DNA of 15,939 bases, taken from positions 1 to 15,939 of the forward strand of contig JBHLRZ010000053.1 of NCBI GenBank assembly GCA_048882045.1. The letters are read 5' to 3'. The DNA comes from Candidatus Thorarchaeota archaeon (lineage in GTDB: Archaea; Asgardarchaeota; Thorarchaeia; Thorarchaeales; Thorarchaeaceae). Each line of letters opens with the position of its first letter. Within the stretch, counting starts at the first letter, position 1. The translations under genes were made by a program, and so were the position numbers. The notes below the pieces were generated by a model. It did no database searches. It was given only the letters and a program-made list of their open reading frames with translations, and had not been told where the DNA came from. Below, piece by piece: positions 9,117 to 15,372 of this stretch.

Positions 9117-9569
9117 TTAGGGGAATATGCTTTTCATGGTTGATCCTCGCAATAAAACAATGATGACAGCATTCATCAACATGTTAATTGGGAATGGACC
9201 CACGCAAATTGAAATGATGCTTGCATAAATCCCATATCTTCGTGCCCAAGGTTGTACAGTCCAAAGTGCCCAAGCAATACAGAATGAAGTAACAAACATG
9301 AGTCCCGATAGAAACACGACCAGAATGCTCAGAAAATTGGAGATTGGATCCAGATACCAAACGTTCTGAAAGAATCCAATACCTATCATCAAATTTGGGA
9401 GAAGGAAAATTGCTGTTAGAACCTCTAAAAGAACTACTCCTGAAATTTCTGAATTCATCACATCTATATCTTCAGAGTCATAGATCTCTTCATTTTGCTG
9501 AGACAACACTAATCCTCCTGAGATGAGTATGGCTTTTCTACTCAAATGTGATTCCATCGGCTCATCCAT
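9117..9569 (-). CDS. Hypothetical membrane protein (3-4 TM)
   Basis: Acidic N-terminus then hydrophobic helices; AWALWTVQPWARRYGI loop; ATG directly abuts the phosphatase TGA. Confidence 0.65.
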   Translation of the reverse strand: MDEPMESHLSRKAILISGGLVLSQQNEEIYDSEDIDVMNSEISGVVLLEVLTAIFLLPNLMIGIGFFQNVWYLDPISNFLSILVVFLSGLMFVTSFCIAWALWTVQPWARRYGIYASIISICVGPFPINMLMNAVIIVLLRGSTMKSIFP

Positions 9570-10409
9570 TCATAGTGCAATGATTTCAGTTTGGAATTCT
9601 CCTCCAAGTCGAACTACTTTGGGAACTGCAGCACCACGATATGTAGCACTAAAGATACTGTACAGTCTATTATCAAAGAAGGTCCTTACACCCTCTGGTA
9701 CAACCTCGTGAGCTCTGAAGAACAACTCAACTCCTAGGTTATCAGAGAATTCACTGAATGCTTTTCTTCCAAATGCCTTCACTCTGCCCCCTCTTCGGTT
9801 TGCGGCAAATCGAAAATCTGCCTCTTTTGGATCGTTCCATACGATTTGGTGGATGATGTCGTTTGGGAAGTTTTTGTTGTATCTGCTTGGAGCTTGGATG
9901 TCCTCCAATCTACTGACACCTTCAGGAACCCCACCATGACACGCGAATATACCATCATGATTAAAGGCCGCAATTGGAAGGTTTTCAAACACGCCAAGAT
10001 AGTATTGATAGACATCGAATGAGAACTTCCGAGTCACCTCAGCGTAGAAACCATATCTCTGAGCTACCTCATCTGATTCATGATTCCCTCGAAGCATTAT
10101 CACACGGTAAGGAGCTGAAAGCGCCATAGCAATTACAAGATTGAAGGTCTCTATCTGAGCTGGTCCTCTATCAGCATAGTCTCCAAGAAACACAAATGAG
10201 TGGTTCTCATATTTTCTAAACAGAGCCAAGACATTCGTTATTGATTCAAACTCTCCGTGCAGGTCGCCAACAAATATCACGTTTTGCAAAGGTATCTCGA
10301 CGCAGTTCTTCTTGGTTCGATACAAGTCTCTCACAGTTCCTGTGAGCTGCAAGATCTCTTCTTTTGTAACCTCAGTTCTTCCATTCATGATCTCTCGAAC
10401 TAGGTCCAT
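9570..10409 (-). CDS. PPP-family Ser/Thr protein phosphatase (PP1/PP2A/PP5-like metallophosphoesterase)
   Basis: GDLHG, GDYADRG, RGNHE, HGG, WNDP, RG...AFG, RAHE and SIFSATY (SAxNY-like). SD AGGAGA upstream. Confidence 0.93.
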   Translation of the reverse strand: MDLVREIMNGRTEVTKEEILQLTGTVRDLYRTKKNCVEIPLQNVIFVGDLHGEFESITNVLALFRKYENHSFVFLGDYADRGPAQIETFNLVIAMALSAPYRVIMLRGNHESDEVAQRYGFYAEVTRKFSFDVYQYYLGVFENLPIAAFNHDGIFACHGGVPEGVSRLEDIQAPSRYNKNFPNDIIHQIVWNDPKEADFRFAANRRGGRVKAFGRKAFSEFSDNLGVELFFRAHEVVPEGVRTFFDNRLYSIFSATYRGAAVPKVVRLGGEFQTEIIAL

Positions 10410-10424
10410 CTCACATCTCCTCGA

Positions 10425-10928
10425 TTACTTCCAGTTCATAGCCTGGAAGACCATATCAACCGCTTCTTTGGGTGATTTAGCACCGTAGACAGCATCCGTC
10501 CGTCTATGGTCAAGTTGTTCTCCTGCAAGCTTTGCAGCCCAACCTCCTGAAGGAACCAATGAGACAACTGGTTTGCTTGAAAACCAAGCAATTGCCATTT
10601 CACTCAAAGTGCCTGCAGACCCATCGATAGCTATGACTGCATCTCCTATCTTAGCGACAAGATAGTTCCTGGCATATCCAAGTCCTGTGGGTATTGCGAT
10701 GTCGATAAACTCGTTGGCATGTTCTTTGGAGTCAGTAGGTAGAATTCCAATCGTTTGCCCTCCCTCTTTCTTTGCGCCACGACTAGCTGCTTCCATGATA
10801 CCACCAAGTCCTCCAGTAGCAAGGATGATTCCCCTCTTAGCAATCTCCTTACCTACTTCCTCAGCGAGCTGGAGGTTTTGGTCATTGGCATCTGACCCAC
10901 CGATAACGGAAATGATTCTTGCAGGCAT
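10425..10928 (-). CDS. TIGR00725 family protein (SLOG/LOG Rossmann-fold nucleotide-binding protein)
   Basis: ISVIGGS, TGGLGGIMEAASRGA, TIGILP, TGLGYARN, DAVIAIDGSAGTLSE. Confidence 0.92.
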   Translation of the reverse strand: MPARIISVIGGSDANDQNLQLAEEVGKEIAKRGIILATGGLGGIMEAASRGAKKEGGQTIGILPTDSKEHANEFIDIAIPTGLGYARNYLVAKIGDAVIAIDGSAGTLSEMAIAWFSSKPVVSLVPSGGWAAKLAGEQLDHRRTDAVYGAKSPKEAVDMVFQAMNWK

Positions 10929-10940
10929 CTTGAGTCTCCA

Positions 10941-12053
10941 TCAAGTATGTGATGATTCAAGATTATGGAGCTTCTTTTTGAGCATACTGTATCCGGCTTC
11001 AGAGAGTCTGCCTTCTCTCAATCTTTCCTCAGCGGCCTCTAGTAATGACTTTCTTGATTCCGGTCTATCAAGACCACGGAGGATATCTTCTGATATCTCA
11101 TCAAAAGGTGCTTCGGGACTGATCTGAAATCTTGTACAAGTAGATGCTCCTAGAATCTGTTTTGTTACATGTTTGGGAAGACTCCTCGATGATAGTGCAT
11201 GTATCTTCGCGATAGTGAGGAGTGCCCGAGACCGCAGATCTTCAGAAGACCATCCAGTATCTGTCCCAACAATACAGAGATTTGACTTCTTTTTGCAACT
11301 TGAAAGACATAGACGACACATTTTGGGTTCAATCTGAATCGTTCCAGTTCTCATGTCAACCCAAGTGATTCCTTCTCTCATTTCAATTGCGCATAGATAT
11401 CCAACTACTCTCAGTCCCAGATCAAGAACAATCTCCCTAATCTCCTCGATCTCTATATCCGAAGTAGGCGGAGTCGATGAAATTGGAGGTTGAGGTTCAT
11501 AGGTTGGACATTCTTCCTCGGTCATAACTCCAATCAATGGTAGTACTTGTTTTTCATCCAAACGATTCACTAGATGGTTCGCAACAAGTCTGACCGCAGT
11601 CTCTACATTAGGAAGTGCCTGGATAGTTGGCAATGTTTCAAAGAAAGAACTCAATCTATTAATCTGCTTCTCAGCTTCTAGGACAGAACCAATTACTACA
11701 ACCATAAATAGAGTTTCAAGGGTCAATGATAGATCTTGCAGTATTTGAGGGATTGATCCCACTTCAGAGGATCGAACCACAACGATTGCTGCTTTGTGTC
11801 CTTTGATATAGCTCCGTGTGATTCCTCTCACACGTTCCGCAGAAGGCAGAGACCACAACTGAAGAATGACGTTTAGATTTTCAGGATAGTCTAATCGAGA
11901 AACACCAAGACTCACACCTAGAGTATTGTATAACTGATATGATATACAGTCACCTGACGTCCTACGAAGGAACCCTGTTTGCAGAGGTAAGTTCTGACCA
12001 ACAACCAAGACCTTGAAGATCATTCTGCCAATGGGGATATCACTACTCTTCAT
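10941..12053 (-). CDS. Rab-like small-GTPase-fold protein with degenerate G motifs (pseudo-GTPase), fused to a Cys-cluster domain and SHOCT-like C-terminus
   Basis: FKVLVVG, TLGVSL, ILQLWSLPSAERVRGITRSYIKGHKAAIVV align with Rab FKxxxxG, TIGVDF, [30 protein letters not shown]. CRLCLSSCKKKSNLC at 11318-11274. C-terminal ERLREGRLSEAGYSMLKKKL. Confidence 0.7.
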   Translation of the reverse strand: MKSSDIPIGRMIFKVLVVGQNLPLQTGFLRRTSGDCISYQLYNTLGVSLGVSRLDYPENLNVILQLWSLPSAERVRGITRSYIKGHKAAIVVVRSSEVGSIPQILQDLSLTLETLFMVVVIGSVLEAEKQINRLSSFFETLPTIQALPNVETAVRLVANHLVNRLDEKQVLPLIGVMTEEECPTYEPQPPISSTPPTSDIEIEEIREIVLDLGLRVVGYLCAIEMREGITWVDMRTGTIQIEPKMCRLCLSSCKKKSNLCIVGTDTGWSSEDLRSRALLTIAKIHALSSRSLPKHVTKQILGASTCTRFQISPEAPFDEISEDILRGLDRPESRKSLLEAAEERLREGRLSEAGYSMLKKKLHNLESSHT

Positions 12054-12155
12054 TCTCTCAAGTTACCATTCGAAATTGTTTACTAAAAACTATGGGTCAT
12101 GGTGTCTAGAAGGGAAAGCTATTTGTCACATCTAAGGGATGGAAATTTGAGAATA

Positions 12156-12524
12156 ATGACACGTTTATACAGGGTTGCAGAGGCTGAGTCTATACAGAGA
12201 GCAGGATATGAAGCGAGCTACTTTGCTGACTTGATATTCAGAGAACCTGTTGATTCGTGTGGAATGATTCTTGTTACATTGGAACCTGGTTCTACGAGTT
12301 CTCCACATGGGCACGAATTTCTGGAAGAGGTCTTTATGGCACTAGCTGATATCCAAGTTCATGTAGATGATGAAACGATAGTACTGACAAAGGGAGACGT
12401 CCTTGTTGTTGAACCTGGTGAGATGCATTCATTTGAGGTCATTGGAAATACTTCTGTTCAAATCCTAGCTATGAAGTTTCCAAACCTCAAGGACGACAAA
12501 GTTGTACCAGATAGAGGTACTTAG
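12156..12524 (+). CDS. Cupin domain protein (Cupin_2-like)
   Basis: LEPGSTSSPHGHEFLEE (HxH...E) and GDVLVVEPGEMHSF. Likely start MTRLY at 12156; alternative at 12099. Confidence 0.88.
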   Translation: MTRLYRVAEAESIQRAGYEASYFADLIFREPVDSCGMILVTLEPGSTSSPHGHEFLEEVFMALADIQVHVDDETIVLTKGDVLVVEPGEMHSFEVIGNTSVQILAMKFPNLKDDKVVPDRGT

Positions 12525-12536
12525 CGGCAATACTTC

Positions 12537-12974
12537 TTATGGTTCGCCATAGCCATAGTCGTCGTCTTCCTCTTCCTCGTCATCTTCCTCGAACATAATA
12601 TCGACTGGAGCCCTTCTGTATTCCACATAGGAACTAGGAACTGACCGACGAATGGCCTTTTGAAGCTCTTTCCATTCCTTGTGCCTTTTCCTTCGACCAA
12701 TATACCCTGCAATGGTAATCACTGCAAATGATACACCACCAACAAGGTATAGCTCCTCTCTAGTACTGAAAACTCCTGATATCGCACTTAATGCCAGTAT
12801 CATGATTCCTCCGATAATGAGGATGTTGATCTGACAATCGCAGGTAATATTCAATTCCCTAGGACCCACTTGAAAATCTTCAGGATCAGACCCCGGTGCG
12901 AGGTTAAGTATATAGTTGAAGCCAGCTGCCAACAGAGTTCCTATAATGACTAGTACCCATGTCAGCAAATCCAC
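12537..12974 (-). CDS. Hypothetical 3-TM membrane protein with acidic C-terminal tail
   Basis: Three hydrophobic segments, basic post-TM stretch RRKRHKEWK, tail EEDDEEEEDDDYGYGEP. GTG start 19 bp after the PIN gene stop. Confidence 0.75.
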   Translation of the reverse strand: MDLLTWVLVIIGTLLAAGFNYILNLAPGSDPEDFQVGPRELNITCDCQINILIIGGIMILALSAISGVFSTREELYLVGGVSFAVITIAGYIGRRKRHKEWKELQKAIRRSVPSSYVEYRRAPVDIMFEEDDEEEEDDDYGYGEP

Positions 12975-12993
12975 TTCATTTCCATCCGTTCAA

Positions 12994-14814
12994 TTATATT
13001 TGGGCTTCTGGCTCAGCTACTTTCAGACAGCTGAATCCATACTCTCCTTCGTATGAAATCTCTGCTGTTTCACTCGGCGTGATGATCAAGACGACTGAGT
13101 ACTTCTTAACAATAGCTGGTTTTGCATCAGTCACTTCATATTCTCCATTAGTGAGAGCCAATTTATGTCCTGTCTTCAAGCCCTTTAGTTCAGGATGATA
13201 TGTCAGATCGATTGCAACCCTGGCTTGTAGCTTGTCATTCCTTACAACAAGCATCTCTTTCTTGTTGATCTCTTCAAGAGAGAGAATGTTCATCCAGCCA
13301 GTAAGTTCCTCCTTGAGGTCCTGCACATCTACTGCACCATCAGTCGCCATCCCTTCAACAGGTGGGATTTGCCCCTGAATCTCATTCAGAATGGGTGTAA
13401 TTTGGGATGTATTCCACCCCTTCTTCACGAATGCCTTTAGAGCGTGTTCTGCAATCTTCTCAAGTGCTGGCTTGAATCTATCATGGGATGATGATGAAAC
13501 TTTGTAGAGCATAAGGAATGATCCGAGTGCTCCTTCCTCCCTGTTGTATGCAACTCCAATCTTGTATGCAGTTACTGCTAGTTGCCACGCATTGTCATGG
13601 TCATCGAACTGTATGCTATACTTCGTCAGATCATTAAGCATGGACATTGTGACATCTGGATGTTGGAGCTTTGTCTTGGTCAGACTGAAACCTCCCATGA
13701 ACTTCCTGAGGATCTGCATTGTGATGTAAAGGCCTTCAGAGGTTTCTAGCATGTCCTCTATCCCAATCCTCTGAATCATACTGTCGTACAGACTATAATA
13801 ATAGTCGATCTCATCATAGTCCTCTCTAATGAGTGCTAGTACAATCCTTACGAAGAAGACTGATGCCTTTAACTCATCATTAGCGACCTCTGCAAACATG
13901 AGTAGTCGAAATGCTTCATCACTGACAGACAAAGCTTCCTCCATCCCCTGTCTAGTTCCTCGATATAGATGGCATATCATCTCCAAGTAGTAGAGGAACA
14001 AAGTGAGGTCTGCTGCGTGTCTGACAAGACTTCCGTGGGTCTCATGATCTTCAGTAAGAGTCGAAACGATGAGTAATCGCTCAATTTCATTCTGAATCTC
14101 TTCGATTTCCTGAGCCAGCGTATCATATTTTCCTTCTCTGAAATCCTCAAACATAGAAGGAATGTCTGCCTTGATGTCCTCGAGGAAGTCTAATACAAAC
14201 AACGGTTGCCCCTTTGAGAGCTTTCTGTCAACGCCTTCGGCTGGGCGTTTTACCGTACGTAGGACTCGAAGTGCGTGTTCCTCAATAATGCGTATCCTTG
14301 TCACTGGATCATAGGATTCTTGCCTAGCAATGCTGTATCTTACTTCTTCTGAGTAGATACGGTCTCTGATGACAGAGAGGTCTTGTTTGAGCTTCTCATT
14401 ATCGACAGACTCCATCAACTCAAGTGTGTATGCCGAACCCACGATTCCTTCGACTTCAACATTGAGATCCTGTATAGTGTTCAGGAGCTTGAGGTCGCTT
14501 GTGACAATCTTAGAACCCTTGTTTCTCATGGCGCCAAGGACAAGTGACATGTCATTCGGCTGAGGGAGTGAACTTTCAGGTCTGTTGATGCTTTCAATGA
14601 ATGATTTGATGTCCTTAGAGAGGGTTTCATCGATCTGGACAATGTTCTCTGCTTCCCTCCGGAGATACCATCTGAGCTCTTGGAACACCTGTCTTGTCAT
14701 CCACAGCTCCATTCCTGCCGCGTCAGCTGCTTCTTTCACTATCACTACATCTTTGGGTCTCTCTGAGAAGCCGCTGATGAAGAAATTCGCATCTAGGTAA
14801 ACTCTCAATCTCAT
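12994..14814 (-). CDS. PIN-domain ribonuclease-like protein with long alpha-helical (TPR-like) region and C-terminal beta (OB-like) domain, 606 aa
   Basis: RVYLDANFFIS, MTRQVFQEL, QPNDMSLV, IVTSDLKL supply the D/E/D/D acidic PIN tetrad. ATG at 14814 is preceded by SD GGAG; the 54 upstream codons in the ORF track are probably untranslated. Confidence 0.8.
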   Translation of the reverse strand: MRLRVYLDANFFISGFSERPKDVVIVKEAADAAGMELWMTRQVFQELRWYLRREAENIVQIDETLSKDIKSFIESINRPESSLPQPNDMSLVLGAMRNKGSKIVTSDLKLLNTIQDLNVEVEGIVGSAYTLELMESVDNEKLKQDLSVIRDRIYSEEVRYSIARQESYDPVTRIRIIEEHALRVLRTVKRPAEGVDRKLSKGQPLFVLDFLEDIKADIPSMFEDFREGKYDTLAQEIEEIQNEIERLLIVSTLTEDHETHGSLVRHAADLTLFLYYLEMICHLYRGTRQGMEEALSVSDEAFRLLMFAEVANDELKASVFFVRIVLALIREDYDEIDYYYSLYDSMIQRIGIEDMLETSEGLYITMQILRKFMGGFSLTKTKLQHPDVTMSMLNDLTKYSIQFDDHDNAWQLAVTAYKIGVAYNREEGALGSFLMLYKVSSSSHDRFKPALEKIAEHALKAFVKKGWNTSQITPILNEIQGQIPPVEGMATDGAVDVQDLKEELTGWMNILSLEEINKKEMLVVRNDKLQARVAIDLTYHPELKGLKTGHKLALTNGEYEVTDAKPAIVKKYSVVLIITPSETAEISYEGEYGFSCLKVAEPEAQI

Positions 14815-14822
14815 GTCTCCGT

Positions 14823-14934
14823 CTGGTTTGACTGGCCAATGATCAGAAACCGAAGTCCTGTCCAGTTGGACTTTCGCATGTGCTCCATCATTAAGGTCTT
14901 TTGCTCTCTCCGTTGGCCGTAGAGATTGGACAGG
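14823..14934. promoter_or_regulatory. Structured element in the long leader of the PIN gene (strand uncertain)
   Basis: CCTGTCCAGT (14857-14866) / ATTGGACAGG (14925-14934); AAGTCC (14853-14858) / GGACTT (14868-14873); GGTTT (14825-14829) / AAACC (14847-14851); GGCCAA (14834-14839) / TTGGCC (14913-14918). Confidence 0.35.
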
Positions 14935-15080
14935 CAGAACACCGGAAAAAGGTTGCGATACACACGTAAAAGACAAGAAAAATCTGTCAAGTTGTCATCT
15001 AGAGGGGGCGATTCATTTTTTTAACCTAAATCAACGAAACAGTACTCTTTCTGTAAGTCCGCGCCAGGCGAAATTGTCAC

Positions 15081-15095
15081 CATATACTTAATATG
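15081..15095 (+). promoter_or_regulatory. TATA-like box inside an inverted repeat CATAT-N5-ATATG, upstream of the RNA candidate
   Basis: ACTTAATA at 15086-15093, about 25 bp before the 5' strand of the closing helix. The identical 8-mer recurs at 15446-15453, 40 bp before the pepF ATG. Confidence 0.5.
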
Positions 15096-15111
15096 TTGTT
15101 ATGTCCTATTA

Positions 15112-15372
15112 TGTGCTATCACCTAAACTCTGGTTTTGAGACACGCTGGAGTTTCGCCGACACAAAGGTATATCTGCGAATGCTTCAATCTCATTACCAT
15201 CAAGGGCGCTGCCGATTCATTGTGCGAGTCGGTCCAATTCTTTGGCGTGCGGAATTGGCCTCGCGAGTTACCTCAAAATGGGTTCTTCGGAACGCGGCTG
15301 CACAAAACATTAGGTGGTGGCGCGGCAATGCACCGCGTTGCTCGCACGAAGCGGCGCCCACCTTTTCCTTTT
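15112..15372 (+). ncRNA. Unclassified structured RNA candidate (~210-nt core plus 3' hairpin and U-tract)
   Basis: 15-bp closing helix 15112-15126/15310-15324, several internal hairpins, a cUUCGg tetraloop (15282-15293), a possible 7-bp pseudoknot; non-Watson-Crick positions in the stems read as G-U on the + strand. Confidence 0.6.

Noticed and set aside
11274-11318. Radical SAM motif in the pseudo-GTPase
   Set aside because: Spacing is CxxCxxxC, the reverse of CxxxCxxC, and no TIM-barrel-sized domain follows.
650-14800. Numerous short alternate-frame and antisense ORFs (e.g. 3480-3947 -, 4933-5349 -, 10687-11127 +), and likewise 15685-15894 - beyond this span
   Set aside because: All lie within well-supported genes and have no motifs; shadow ORFs.
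14845-14900. Hammerhead ribozyme on the minus strand (UUAAUGA ... GAAA ... GACUUC)
   Set aside because: Core reads UUAAUGA instead of CUGANGA (essential G5 missing) and stem II does not close correctly.
14815-14976. 54-codon N-terminal extension of the PIN ORF in the supplied track
   Set aside because: PIN strand 1 starts right after Met 14814, which has a GGAG SD; the extension begins at a TTG without SD and overlaps the structured leader.
15159-15272. c-di-GMP-I riboswitch resemblance (AAAGGUAUA...GCGAAUGC...GAGUUACC)
   Set aside because: No GNRA-capped P2 with proper stem, GACGCAAA-like motif is in the wrong order, and no tetraloop receptor.
15120-15316. Integron attC-like site (ACCTAAA ... 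ATTAGGT)
   Set aside because: The invariant AAC/GTT triplets are absent, and there is no integrase or cassette array in view.
15112-15324. RNase P RNA or SRP RNA identity for the structured RNA
   Set aside because: No GAGGAAAGUCC-type CR-I with a matching ACAGAAnnnnGCUUA CR-V (ACAAAACA is not followed by a P4 strand); no SRP helix-8 CAGG-GGAA-AGCA motif. A highly divergent form cannot be excluded without a covariance-model search.
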